In this document: positions 51,797 to 64,000 of the stretch, piece after piece
How the letters are laid out: every line of letters begins with the position of its first letter
How positions within the stretch are numbered: the first letter of the stretch is position 1
Notes under the pieces: model-generated
Database searches by the model: none
What the model saw: the letters and a program-made list of their open reading frames with translations, nothing else
What the model was told of the DNA's origin: nothing
Position numbers and translations under genes: made by a program
Assembly (NCBI GenBank): GCA_963772455.1
Contig: CAVYXJ010000010.1
Span: 402,724-466,723 of the forward strand
Length of the DNA: 64,000 nt
Reading direction: 5' to 3'
Source of the DNA: Candidatus Bathyarchaeota archaeon
GTDB taxonomy: Archaea > Thermoproteota > Bathyarchaeia > Bathyarchaeales > Bathycorpusculaceae

Positions 51797-52882
51797 GTGA
51801 ACTCAATGAAAATACTTTGGCTTAATTGGCGTTGTTGGCTTAACCCTGATATGGGCGGTGCTGAAGTTTTCACTTATGAAGTAGCCAAGCGTTGGGCTGC
51901 TTCCGGTCATGATGTAACTTTGTTTTCTTCAAAATTTCCAGGCTCTAAATCGGAAGAAACAGTTGATGGAATACGAATCGTTAGAGCGGGTGGTAGATTC
52001 ACAGTATATCAGCAAGCAAAAAAGTTTTATTCAAAGCGTTTCAAAAAAGAACACTTTGACATAATTATCGATGAAATCAATACGCATCCTTTTTTTGCCG
52101 CAAAATTTGTAAAAAATGGCGAAAAAGTCATTGCGCTTATACATCAGCTAGCAAGAGAATTCTGGTTTTACGAAATGCCTTTTCCGGCTAGTTATTTAGG
52201 GTATCACTTTTTTGAGAATAGATGGTTAAAACAATATGTTAACGTACCGACAATAACCGTATCTGAAAGTACAGGTAGCGATTTGTTAGATTTGGGATTT
52301 AAAAATGTGTCTATTGTATCTGAAGGTTTGAATTTCAAGCCATTGAATTCACTGCCAGAAAAAGAATCAAGACCAATTGCAGCTTTTTCAGGTCGTTTGA
52401 AACGGGCTAAGCGACCAGACCACGCGATCAAAGCGTTTGAACTTGTACGCAAGAAAATTCCGAATGCCGAGTTATGGGTTTTTGGTGATGGCCCATTTAG
52501 AAAGAAACTTGAAGATACTTCAGGAGCCGGAGTTCGTTTCTTCGGAAACTTGAATAGTGATGAAAGAAGAGAGTTGTTGAGAAAAAGTTGGGTTTTAATC
52601 GTTCCTGGATTACGTGAAGGCTGGGGTTTGAATGTTATTGAGGCTAATGCACTTGGCGTACCTTGTGTTGCTTATTGTGTGCATGGACTGAAAGATAGTG
52701 TGAAAAATGGTGAAACAGGATTACTAGTCAATTCAGGAAGCATAAAAGGTCTTGCTGAAAGTGTAATCAGTCTTTTGCAGGATCAAGACAAATTGAAAAG
52801 GCATAGCTTGAATGCTTTAAAATATGCGAAAGAATTTGATTGGGATAAAACGGCTGATCAAATTATGGCTAAAATATGCTAA
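51797..52882 (+). CDS. GT4 glycosyltransferase
   Basis: GGAE, GRLKRAKR, EGWGLNVIEANALG. Confidence 0.92.
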   Translation: MNSMKILWLNWRCWLNPDMGGAEVFTYEVAKRWAASGHDVTLFSSKFPGSKSEETVDGIRIVRAGGRFTVYQQAKKFYSKRFKKEHFDIIIDEINTHPFFAAKFVKNGEKVIALIHQLAREFWFYEMPFPASYLGYHFFENRWLKQYVNVPTITVSESTGSDLLDLGFKNVSIVSEGLNFKPLNSLPEKESRPIAAFSGRLKRAKRPDHAIKAFELVRKKIPNAELWVFGDGPFRKKLEDTSGAGVRFFGNLNSDERRELLRKSWVLIVPGLREGWGLNVIEANALGVPCVAYCVHGLKDSVKNGETGLLVNSGSIKGLAESVISLLQDQDKLKRHSLNALKYAKEFDWDKTADQIMAKIC

Positions 52883-53997
52883 ATAAGGGATTACCAATCT
52901 TGGATATTACTTTCATTATCGCAGACCAAAAAGAAGTTCATGAGGGTGTTGTTCGCCCATTTGTAAATTTTGCGAAGGCATTAAAAAACAATTATGAAGT
53001 TTCATTGCTACTTGTAAATTGTAGCAGCATTTTCTTCGAAAATATGAAAAAAGTATTCCCTAAAGTAATTATATCTCAAAACGAGAAAGATGCTATTAAA
53101 AAAATTAAAACTCTAAATCCTGAATTTATTTTCACTGATGATAACCTGAATAGTCTTGAGATTACACAAAAAATAAAGAAAAAAATGAACTTAAAAGCAA
53201 TCTCTTATGTGCAAATACTATACGGATCACATGCCATCGCGAGTTGTTTTGAGAATAGTTCGTTCACACTCAAGGAAAAGCTTCTTTTTAATTCGATAAA
53301 ATTTGTGCCATTTTCGTTTTTTAGTGCTCGGTACTCGAAGTTGCTTAAGTCTTATGATTTAGTTATTGCTAATAGTAAAATTACTGCAACTCTCTTGCAT
53401 TCGCTTTATAATATTGAAGTTACTGGAATTGTTTATCCTCCGATAGATACGGAGATTTTTCAACCGAGCGATAAAAAATCAAAACTTGAAGTAACACTTT
53501 ACTTGGGTTCACATTTGGGTGATGCTCCAAGACATTTTGTTAAAGAAATAATCGCGGTCTTAAGAGAAGAAGACGTTTTAGTTAATCTTTTTGGAAATGA
53601 AAGATTAGTTTCAGAAGTTGTTGACAAGGATGATGTTCTTATTTTGTATCATTCGAATCTCAGTGATATTGAATTAGCAAGAATGTATTCAAGAAGCAAA
53701 TTAACGATTTGCCCTCAAAAATGGGAACAATTTGGTCTTGTGCCAGTAGAATCAATGTCTTGTGGAACTCCCGTTTTAGCCTTTAATTGCATGGGCTTCC
53801 AAGAAACAATAAGTGATTTCACAGGGTGGTTAGCGAATAATGAAGCAGAATTCTTACGAATGTTGAATAATGCTCTCAAAAAGGAAACATTTACCATTCA
53901 AGAATTAAGGCGCATAGCTATTGAAAAATTCTCTATCGAATCATCCGGAAAAACGCTTCAAGAACTATTAGAAAAATACATTAATCCGAAAATATAA
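52876..53997 (+). CDS. GT4 glycosyltransferase
   Basis: IANS, VYPPID, EQFGLVPVESMSCGTPV. Confidence 0.9.
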   Translation: MLNKGLPILDITFIIADQKEVHEGVVRPFVNFAKALKNNYEVSLLLVNCSSIFFENMKKVFPKVIISQNEKDAIKKIKTLNPEFIFTDDNLNSLEITQKIKKKMNLKAISYVQILYGSHAIASCFENSSFTLKEKLLFNSIKFVPFSFFSARYSKLLKSYDLVIANSKITATLLHSLYNIEVTGIVYPPIDTEIFQPSDKKSKLEVTLYLGSHLGDAPRHFVKEIIAVLREEDVLVNLFGNERLVSEVVDKDDVLILYHSNLSDIELARMYSRSKLTICPQKWEQFGLVPVESMSCGTPVLAFNCMGFQETISDFTGWLANNEAEFLRMLNNALKKETFTIQELRRIAIEKFSIESSGKTLQELLEKYINPKI

Positions 53998-54019
53998 TGC
54001 GCTTTGAAAGGTTCTCAAG

Positions 54020-54619
54020 ATGTCTTGGAGCGAATATGAAAAATGGTCATTTAGCATTGTAAAAGACGTCTTGGCACACCTTCAATTCCTTTTATACTGT
54101 ATTCTTTTCGGATTATCTAAGAAAACACTCGAGATAGGCAGCGGAACAGGACTGCAGAGTTGTTTCATTAGTTACTTTGGTATTGAAGTCATTTCTATTG
54201 ATCGTGATTCAAGAGTTGCAAAAATGGCCTCAAATATCTCAAGGTATTACAATGGAAAAGATGTTAGTTTTGTGGTTGCTGACGCTCGGTATCTTCCGTT
54301 TAAAGAAAAAACATTTGGGTTAAGTTTTTCTCAAGGCTTACTTGAACACTTGGATAATACAACTATAGTTGAGATTGTTTCCGAAGCAACGAAAGCTGTA
54401 AAGGGAAAAATAATTTTTAGTGTTCCATCAGTCAATTTTCCTGAGCAAGATTTTGGAAATGAAAGATTACTATATCCTTGGGAATGGAAAGCTATTTTGG
54501 TCCATTTCAAAGTCAAAGCAGCGTATTACAAGTTTGATTTTCAGTCATTTAAGTACGCGCTTTTTAAGGGCAACGTCCCGAAGCCATGGCATATCCTGAT
54601 TAAGGTTTCATCTAACTGA
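54020..54619 (+). CDS. Class I SAM-dependent methyltransferase
   Basis: LEIGSGTG, ADARYLPF, GLLEH. Confidence 0.88.
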   Translation: MSWSEYEKWSFSIVKDVLAHLQFLLYCILFGLSKKTLEIGSGTGLQSCFISYFGIEVISIDRDSRVAKMASNISRYYNGKDVSFVVADARYLPFKEKTFGLSFSQGLLEHLDNTTIVEIVSEATKAVKGKIIFSVPSVNFPEQDFGNERLLYPWEWKAILVHFKVKAAYYKFDFQSFKYALFKGNVPKPWHILIKVSSN

Positions 54620-54719
54620 AATTTTCATCACCTATTATTTTGTTTTAAAATTTATTATTATGGCAAATTTTAATTACTATCTTTTTAATAGGTAAATTGG
54701 TTTTGGGTTAGAGCGTATC

Positions 54720-57500
54720 TTGAATTCATTGGACCTAAAGAAGATTCGAATAATTGAAGTGATAATTATCTTTGTTTTAGGTTTGATACCGCTTTTTTGG
54801 TTCAAAAGTGGATATTTTTTTGCAAATGGAGATGATTTTCCTCTTTTCTTAAACACTCATCAAACTTTGACCAATGGGGTGTATTTGTGGTCACCAAATT
54901 ATCTAGGATATGCAACCCCTATGCCAGCTTACTTGCTTTTTCAATATACGGGGGCTTTTTTGAGTTACTTGGGGCTAAGCGTAGGTGCAGTGCAGACTGC
55001 TCTTGAAGTATTTCTATTCTTGGTTGCAGGTTTTTCAATGTTTTACTTAACCACGAAAATCTACCCTGCATCCAGAATTTCCCCTTTTATCGCTAGCTTG
55101 TTCTACATGTTTAATTTCTTTTTCCTAATTAACATGCGTAACATGGGGTTCATGTGGACCTACGCTTTTCTACCACTTGTCTTGACTTTATTCTTCAAAA
55201 TTATGAATGCCGCTTATCAAGGTGACAAAAAAAATACTGACAAGAATGTTATTTATTTTGCGTTAGCATCGGTTATGGCTTTCTCTTTTGCTAGCATTAA
55301 CCCCGCAAACATTGCTATATTTCTGATTGGATTGTCTTTAATGGTTTTCTATTTTTTGTACAAATTTAAAAGTCAACTGAAACCGTTTCTTTTCTCGCTG
55401 ACAAAAATTGTTGTATTAACCCTTCTCATTAATTTATGGTGGCTAATTCCAGTATTAAACACATTTATTTTTTCAGGTCAATCCTTGAATTCTCAAGTAA
55501 GTATTGACGCTTGGAGTTGGACCCATGCTAGGGCATCTTTTTTGAATCTTTTCTGGCTAAACGGTTCATGGAATTGGTCACCCAACTATTATCCTTATGC
55601 AAGCGATTACTCCAACTCTATTTTTACAATTTTAGTTTTCCTACCTTTTTTCTTGCAGGGTCTGCCTTGCTTTTTAAGAGTAACAAGGCGCGTTTTAATG
55701 CTTATTTGATGGGCTTTGTCCTTTTGTTTCTCTTTCTTGCGAAGGGTTTGCATGACCCACTTGGTTCAATAAACCGATTCCTCTATGAAAATGTCCCCCT
55801 TATGGGTCTTTTTAGAGAACCTGTCTCCAAGTTCACGATTATAATGTTGCCCTTCTTAGCTTTACTCGTTGGTTTTGGAAGTGAAAAAATTGCCAACATT
55901 AAAGTTAGAAAAATTAATTTTCATTTGTCAAAAGTTTTTGTCTCGTTATTATTAATTGTAATTATGCTTGTTTCAGTTTATCCGATTCTGCAGGATTCTA
56001 TGAATACAAATACTGGGGCGATTCCATTTTCATCTCATGTCAAAGTTCCAGATTATTGGTATCAAGCAACAGATTGGGTGAATAACCAACACGGCGACTG
56101 GAAGGTTCTATTGACACCTCTCGACGACTTCTATCAAATTCCTTATTCATGGGGTGCATAATGAGTCAGATGGATATTATGGATCTGATCAGTTGATGGA
56201 GCGGCTTTTTGAGAAACCAATAGTTTCCACAGCCAATCTAAACGGGTATGTTGGCAATTCTAATTCATCTTTAATTTTGATGCAAATCCGAACTGCGGTG
56301 AAATTCGATCGCATTGATGAATTCAAGGCTTTTTTGGATCTATTGAGTATTAAATATATTGTACAGCGTAATGACGTGAACGATACTAAGCTTGAGCAAT
56401 TTGAACTGCGTAATAATGTAAACATTACCACTTATGGGCGAGATTTGGTGAATCCTGGAGAAATGAGGGCTTTTTTTAATATTCAGCCTTATCTTAAGTT
56501 GGAGAGAAGCTTTGGTGAGCTTGACATTTATGAATATGTTGAAGCCAAACCGTCAATGTTTGTTCTTTTACCTTCCGCTTTGGAGAAAACTGACATTAAT
56601 ATTGGTAAATCAACAAATCTTGATAAGGTCTGGAATTTTTCCTTTCAAAACGACGTTTCTGATTGGAAGAAATCAACGCTTCCTGACCAATCTCAGGCAA
56701 CATGCTTGATAAATCAAAAAAATGGCAATCTCATAGCGGATATGTCCAATTTGACAAGTAGTTGGATAACGGTTAATTCACCACTAATGCCTGCTCACAG
56801 CGAAGTTAGTTACTTAGTTAACGCTACGTTCTCCGCTAAAAACAATCAGAAAGTCACCGTTGCAATTGCTGAATACTCAGAAAACATGACACTCTTACAT
56901 ACATCGTCTTTTGCGGAGATTAAATATGGTAATGGTACATTTACTCAATGGTTTGTTTCCTTCAGATTTGAACCGAAAAATGAAAACACGAAGTTTTTCC
57001 AACTTCAAATATGGAATTATTTTAATGCTACAGAAACTGGTCAAAGTTCTTTAATGTTGGACAATGTTAGTGTGCTTGGTACTTCTTCATCTCTTAAGAT
57101 GAGCGGTATTGAGAATCTTTACGAAAATGCTTCTGAAAATTCTCAAATTTTAATTGTTCAAAATGTTAGTCCTGCCAAAATTGTAGCCACGATAAATGCT
57201 ACTCAACCTTTTATTTTGGTGAATAATCAGGAGTTAGATAGATTTTGGGTTGCTTACTTCAACGGTGAGCAGGCTCCGTACATTTCACCCTATCTAGGTT
57301 TGGGAGGGTTCTTGATTAATGGTACTGGTGAATTTACAATTGTTCTTGAGTATAAACCCCAACTTTGGTTCAACTATAGTATGGCAATCTCAGGTGTGAC
57401 TGTGTTGCTTTTATGTTTGGGCTTATTGTATGTGTCTAAAGATAGGATCAAATTTTTGCTGGGCAATCTTTCAAAGAGATCAAGGAATACAGTTGAATAG
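54720..57500 (+). CDS. Large GT-C-like membrane glycosyltransferase (AftD/DUF3367-like) with a possible carbohydrate-binding domain; two frameshifts
   Basis: GDD in the first loop, ASLFYMFN, N.WW.IP, FREP.SKF, VPDYW, IKYIVQRND; three ORFs concatenate. Confidence 0.7.
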
Positions 57501-57802
57501 AAATTTTGTTAAGAAATTATCAGTTTTAAGGAATTGTTGAGCATAAGATAGATTTTTGGTCTTCGGTATGCATTTTATTTATTATGTTCAACATAGGAAG
57601 TCTTTTTAAGTAAACACCATGTTTATGGGTTAATTGGAACCTTTATATCGGTGGTTCAAATTAAAATGCAAAATAGCACTTCCAGCCAACTTAATAGAAC
57701 TCAGCCAACAAAATTAAGAAGAAAAGCTGCAAGTGTCGGTTTGTGTATTTTTCAGTCACTTGGTTTTTGGAAATATTCCAACAGTCATAAGATGGGGGCT
57801 GC

Positions 57803-58582
57803 TTGATGAGCCAAGTTGAGCTATCTTTTGTATTACCAGCTTATAATGAGGAAGATTTTATTGAGGAAACTCTCTTCACCATTGAAGCCATTGTCAAAGA
57901 TACAAACTTGAAATATGAAATAGTTGTAGTGAATGATGGTAGCCTTGACGGGACTTTGGCCAAAACTACAGGATATGCAAAAAGACATGGGCACATAAAA
58001 GTGGTCACTTACACCAAGAACGTAGGAAAGGGGTACGCTGTAAAGACTGGTTTTTTGGAAGCAAGTGGGGAGATAGTTGTTTTTGCAGATAGTGACATGG
58101 AAATTGATTTGGATACAATTTCAAATTACCTTGAAGCTTTGGAGCACGCGGATATTGTTATAGCTTCTAAGCGCCATTCAGATTCGCGTGTGGAAGTTTC
58201 TTTATCGCGTAAAATCTTGAGCATTAGTTTTAATGGCTTAGTTCGACTTCTTACGGGGGTACCTCTAAATGATACTCAGTCTGGACTTAAAGCAATGAAG
58301 AAAAATGCGTTCTTAGATATTTTTCCTCGATTGGCAGTTAAACGCTATGCTTTCGACGTTGAATTGCTTGCAGTAGCTAATCTTTATGGTTTAAAAGTTG
58401 CTGAAATGCCTGTTAACCTCAAATTAGATTCATCTTTTAGAGCAAAAGAGGTTTGGCGAATGTTTGTAGACTTACTTGGAATAGCTTATCGTCTAAGAGT
58501 CCTCCATTGGTATCAAAGGGAGGTTCAAACCAAGGATCGCCTGCAAAATTGGGTAGGCTTTTTTTTCAAAGAGGAACATTGA
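57803..58582 (+). CDS. GT2 dolichol-phosphate glycosyltransferase-like (copy 2)
   Basis: Closely similar to 51041-51751 (shared DMEIDL.TIS.Y.EALE.AD, IFPRLAVKRYAFDVELLA, WRMFVDL.GIAYRLRV). Confidence 0.92.
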   Translation: MMSQVELSFVLPAYNEEDFIEETLFTIEAIVKDTNLKYEIVVVNDGSLDGTLAKTTGYAKRHGHIKVVTYTKNVGKGYAVKTGFLEASGEIVVFADSDMEIDLDTISNYLEALEHADIVIASKRHSDSRVEVSLSRKILSISFNGLVRLLTGVPLNDTQSGLKAMKKNAFLDIFPRLAVKRYAFDVELLAVANLYGLKVAEMPVNLKLDSSFRAKEVWRMFVDLLGIAYRLRVLHWYQREVQTKDRLQNWVGFFFKEEH

Positions 58583-58765
58583 TGATAATTTCATGTTCTG
58601 AATTAATACACAATTGGTTCGATTATTTGATTAAGACCTGCTATGCCGAAAAATATTGAAAAATAGAAATATCTCCATTGGTTTAAGACGATTGAACAAA
58701 ATGACCTCTTTCAGGGGCGAAAATTCAAAAAACTCCAATAAAATTTGATCGGGAGATGATTTCAG

Positions 58766-59900
58766 CTGAACATTATTGTCTTTCACTGGAAAGATGTTAT
58801 GCATCCATTTGCAGGTGGAGCAGAAAGGTTATTGCATTCCTTGATGAAAGAGGCTGTAATATCTGGACATTCTGTCACTTGGTATTGCTCAAAATATGGA
58901 AACTCCAAATCTGATGACCATTTGGATGGAATAAAAATTGTTAGGCAAGGCGGTCAGTTTTCAGTATATGCGCATGCAATGTTATTCTATTTTAAAAATA
59001 GAAAAGAAGTCGACCTGATTATTGATAATATAACAGGTGTTCCATGGTTTACCCCCATGTATTCTGCAAAGCCTAAAATCGCAATTATTTATCATCTGGG
59101 CAAAAAAGAAACATTCTTTACTGAATTACCTGCGTTAAAAGGAACAATAGGCTATTTTCCAGCTTTTTTGGCTTGGCGCGCCGAGTGTCTAATTCCCAGA
59201 CACTATATAAGAAAATTCCATTTATTACTTTTTCAGAAGACACAAAAAACGACCTTATTGAAATTGAAATCTCTAAAAATAATATCTATGTCGCCCAAGA
59301 GGGAATAGACCTTGAATTGTACAATCCAGGAACTGAGAAATCATCATTTCCGCACCTTATCTATGTAGGACGTTTAGTTAGGAATAAAGGGGTGGAGCAT
59401 TTAATCAGAGCCATGTCGCTGGTGGTAAAGAAATTTCCTAATGTAAGCTTATCCATTGTGGGTGCAGGACCATTTGAAGCACGATTAAAAGAATTAACTG
59501 CAAATTTAGGTTTAAGTGATCACATAGTATTTCATGGATTCGTATCCGAGAAAGCCAAAGTGAAACTTCTGCAAAAAGCTCATGTTCTAATTCATCCTTC
59601 TCTTCGTGAAGGTTGGGCTACGCCGGTAATTGAAGCAAATGCGTGTGGAACACCATCAATAGGTGCTGATGTAATCGGTATAAATAGCACGATTCGTGAT
59701 GGCGTTACTCGGTTTTCTGTTTCCTTACGGAAATTCAGATGAATTATCTAGACAGAATAATAACAATGTTGGGTGACAAAAAGGGTCAGCAAGACATGCG
59801 GGGTGAAGCCTTGAATTGGGCAAATAAATTCGACAAAAATCTTACTAATAAAAAGTTTATTAAAATACTTAACCAATTAGCCTCTTCAAATCACGAGTAA
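58766..59900 (+). CDS. GT4 glycosyltransferase, frameshifted
   Basis: HPFAGGAE, YVGRLVRNKG, EGWATPVIEANACGTP; paralog of 51797-52882. Confidence 0.85.
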
Positions 59901-59901
59901 G

Positions 59902-60444
59902 GTGGATATAACGGCTAAAAATGATAATATCAAAATCCGTTTGTTTACTTTTTCTGATTTGCCCGCAATCGTTGAGTTAATTAAGAGTTCTAAGTACTCA
60001 ATGCCATACGCTTTCTATAGCATGACATCTGCTGAGATTCTTCATGTTCTTTCTATGCGTTTGAAATATGAAAAATATGTTGATCGTTTTAAGAGATTCG
60101 CGGTTAAGCGTTCTGTAAGATTCCTTTTTACCAGCGATTATGATCGAGTTGTACTAGTACGAAGATGCAAGTAAGCAAATTTTGGGTGCGGCTTTTTTAT
60201 CTAACACTTTGAGGATGTTTCAAGTATAGATATAATTGTTGTTAACCCCTAGTTTTCGTTTTCGTGGGGTGGGGAGTAAATCTTGGGTGGAGCTCTATCT
60301 TTTGTTAGAATTAGAAATGGATCAGAATTAACTGTTTCAGCTACAACCGATAATGAGGATGCTTTAAGGCTTTATTCAAAATTCTCTTTTGAGGAAAATT
60401 TCCGTATAACTGAACTTAAATTAAATGTTCGGAATCAAAAATGA
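59902..60444 (+). CDS. GNAT acetyltransferase, frameshifted
   Basis: IRLFTFSDLPAI, FRFRGVGS, DNEDALRLYSKF.F across frames. Confidence 0.65.
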
Positions 60445-61595
60445 GAATTGCCATTTATCATTACCCCACTCTAACATTGGGTGGCGACACTTTCATTTTT
60501 GATTTGGCTCCTACCCTTGCTAATAGCGGTCATGATGTTCATGTAATAACTTCTGATCAGTTTCCATTTACAAGAATTTAACTCTACGAGATGTTAAGCA
60601 AACGCTAAATCCAGCATTGCTTCACGAATGTGAATTTGTGAAAGTTCTTCCGAAATATAGCTCGCTTAAGGAAATTAAATCAATTTTGGGTATTTGTGAT
60701 GTTCTGTATGCAAAGAATGAGTTATTTGAATTAATGCAAAATGTTCTATTAAATTATAGGATCGATGTTCCTGTTGTATGTGGAGTCCATACCGCGATAT
60801 ATTACCCTTTTAGTCCAACATTTCGATCCCGAATTCATAATGTGTTATACATGAATGACGTTTACGGGTTATTACTTCGAAAGTCCACTGCGGTACATGT
60901 ATTGAACGCTTTTGATTATAATCTGATGAAATCCTACTACAAAGTTGATGAGAAAAATTTTCTAATCTCTCTTGGTGTAGACACTAACATATTTCGACCT
61001 CTCGATGTTTTAAGTCAGGACAGTAAGTTGAAAATTCTTTTCCTCGGCAAGATTGATGAGCAAAAAGGCTTCGACATACTATGCATGGCAATTAATCAAT
61101 TAAGTGCTTTGCCAGAATTTAATCAAATATCTTTTACATTAGTGGGCACTGGAAAATGGTCTGCAGTTGCCGATAACCTTGCCCAGACTTACCCTAACAT
61201 TGTGCATATTAATTTCGTTCCTCAGCAAGATATTGTTAATTTATACAACTCTCATGATGTTTTTGTTCTTCCTCACAGTAGGAGGAGCAATTTCATATGT
61301 GTGTTTGGAAGCTCAAAGTTGCGGGCTTCCAGTAATAGTGACAAACATCCCTGAACCAAACGGAATAATTAAGCACACCAAAAATGGTTTGCTAATACCC
61401 TCCGAAGACCCAATCGCCTTATCAAAAGCTATACTATATATGAATGAAATGAAGAAAGATTCTCCAAGTGCTTTCAGAAAAATGGAAGAAAATATTCAAG
61501 GGTAAACACAGAAGAGCTTTTTTTCATTAAAGCTGGAAGCAGAACGACTAACCGAATTATTTGAAACCGTTTCTTGTATTGGGAAGGAACGATAA
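60441..61595 (+). CDS. GT4 glycosyltransferase, frameshifted
   Basis: MRIAI..., GVDTNIFRP, FLGKIDEQKG, LEAQSCGLPVI. Confidence 0.85.
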
Positions 61596-61596
61596 A

Positions 61597-64000
61597 TTGA
61601 ATCGTAGATCCCTGATCATTATAGGTCTTATCTATTCGTTGGTTTTATCGTTAGTAATACTTCGAAATATGATATTTTCTCATGGCATTATACTGTACGG
61701 GGATATGACTTGGGCAGTAGTTCCAGAAGTTAATTCTTTACCTTTCTACGCTTGGCAATTTCAAATGAGCGCGCCGCAAATCGGTAGTTCTATCATTCCA
61801 ATTTACTTATTTATGGCCTTAAATGTGGAACTTTGAAAAGATTCTGTTGATTTTCACTTTATTTATCGCAAGTTTTTCTGGTTTTTACATGGTTTACTAT
61901 TTCACAAGAAATTCAACAAACAAATTTAGAATAGTTGCTTGTCTCACTGCTGCAACCTTAATGGTTTTAAATCCTTTTGTTTATGATGGATTTTTTCTAG
62001 GTCATCTTAGCATGGTATGGGGATTTGGTTTATCCCCTTTGATTCTTGTCATGTTTATTCGTAGTTTGGAAAATGATCAAAACTGGAAAAGGTTTGCAGT
62101 TTTAGGGCGCGGTTCTTTTAGCCTTCGCCTCGATTGATTTGCATTCAGGAATTTGGAATATTTTGTTCATCGGTAGCTATCTAATTTATCATATTTTCAT
62201 TAAGAAAAAGCGCTCTGGACATTATCAAATTAATAAGAAAGCCATTGTTATTTCTAGCTGTTCTCATAGGTCTTACTGCATATTGGTCATTTCCTCAGTT
62301 GTTATCACCTCAACAAGGGCATCCATTTTTTGCTTACACTGTTGATTCTTTAACGAATCTTTACGCAAGTAGGCTTTGTTCATAAATGTTGTAAGGTTAT
62401 CTGGAAGTCCACTTTATACTGCGTTAGATTCAAATTATTATGTTAATTTTGGTGCAACTGGTCTTTTATTACTGTTGACATTTATTCCTGCATTATTCTC
62501 TTTTTCAGCTATTCTTCTTAAGCCAAAGAATAAAATAATAGTTTTTTTTGCGCTTTCGTTGCCAGTTTTGCTGTTTCTCAGCCAAGGAAGCTCTGGTCCA
62601 TTAGGTTTTATTTATAAATGGTTAACATTTGAATCACCTATCGCCTCTTTCGGCTGGTTATTAAGAGATTCAAGCCGTGCAGCAGGCTTACTTTCCGTTA
62701 TTTTCTCTTTTCTCTCAGCTATTACAATCTACGAAGTATGTAATCGAATTTCAACTTTAGATATATCAACTTACATTGGTAGAGAAAGAAAGCGGAAAGT
62801 TCCAAAAATGTTGGTTCAGAAAATACTAAATATCTTATTATCATTGGATTGGTTTTTTTGTTATTTAGTTCGGTTATTACTGCCTTAGAACCCATGGTAA
62901 GAAGTAACTTTTCTGATTACAACGATAAATTTATGGCTTCGGTTCAGTTGCCTAAAGAATATTCTGATCTTAATAATTGGTTAAGAAATCAAGATGGTCA
63001 TTTTAAAGTTTTGTGGATGCCCTATGATCGAGGACAGTTCGATTACATTTGGAACAATAATGCAACTATTTCCAATCTCGGAGTTTTCGCAGGTTCACGA
63101 CCATCAATTTATGTGACTTACTCAGGAATTGACGCAAGCCGTTTCTTAAGCTACACATATTACGATAGTTTGCTTAAGAATAAAACAAATAATTTTGGGA
63201 AAATGATTAGTATCATGGACATGAAGTATGTATTACTTCACGATGACTACAAATCCAAAAATGAATCTACTTATGATAATTTCTATTTAGTAAATTCCAG
63301 TATTATCAAACAATCCGATTTAACCGAAACTTGGGTCAATGGGTCCATGCAATTATTTGAGATACGTAATGCAAACAATCCTCTATTCATTCCACAATAT
63401 GCCTTATCTATTGTTGGAGGATTAGATGGATATGTTTACCTCAATAATTTAGGTTCTTTCAAACCAATAGAATGGGCAACATATTATACTGAACAAACTC
63501 CTCAAATTAATGAGGATCAATTGAGAAGTAGTCAGGTAATTTTTTTCTTCAACAAAGATTTTACTGATTTTCTTTTCAGCACTATTAACAAAGATTACAT
63601 AATCCAAGTTGCGATACCAGATAACCCTCAAGACTTAACCCAAAACTACATGCCTGACAAAGAAAATTCCCAATCCACACTGGGCTTCATATGCAATTTC
63701 AGTCGTTGACTTTACGAATGTACATCCAATCAAGTTAAGAATTTTAGCTATAACATTCCATCAAGCTTTGACTATGACCAAGGTTTCATCATAACAAACG
63801 CGACGAAAGTCCAAATGGACTCTATTTTATATCTCAAATACAGATGCATTGATCTATGAGTAAGAAGCTATAATAATAATAACATCGGAAAATAACCTTC
63901 AAAGTTGATGGTCAAATAATAAATTCCTTCGATGCCTATAGCGAACAAGATAAGGGTTATACCTGGGTAAATATTGGGAATCGCACTCTTGATCAAGGTT
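61597..64000 (+). CDS. Second large GT-C-like membrane protein (multiple frameshifts, runs off the window)
   Basis: GD first loop, AATLMVLNPF, LRDSSR, LPKEY..LNNWL.NQ.G.FKVLWMP, MKYVLLHDD; paralog of 54720-57500. Confidence 0.65.

Overview
Archaeal chromosomal window, most consistent with Bathyarchaeia (TACK); this is inferred from gene content and style, not from a database search. From left to right it holds top6B/top6A, slyD, egsA, rpl14e-cbf5-methyltransferase, an atypical tRNA-Thr(UGU) and a stand-alone 23S rRNA gene with its own long processing stem. Next come an orphan lysW, dinB, queT-queC, psmB-aCPSF1/fttA, sepF, an aminotransferase-serA-DUF1015 operon, aquaporin and a DEAD-box helicase. 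A tRNA-Arg(CCU) integration hotspot carries a vapBC-only islet, and is followed by an intron-containing tRNA-Leu(UAA), an orphan histidine kinase, a complete NHEJ operon (Pol, Ku, Lig-PE) with DUF72, and an ~18 kb surface-glycan locus with two paralogous cassettes. The most interesting unannotated signal is a switch-like pseudoknot leader that can sequester the Shine-Dalgarno of queT-queC, a candidate archaeal preQ0/preQ1 riboswitch. Other candidate non-coding RNAs are a long H/ACA-like hairpin, a long box C/D-flanked RNA and a 75-nt hairpin. Many genes carry 1-nt frameshifts, increasingly so toward the right end, probably assembly indel errors. All folds were done by eye.
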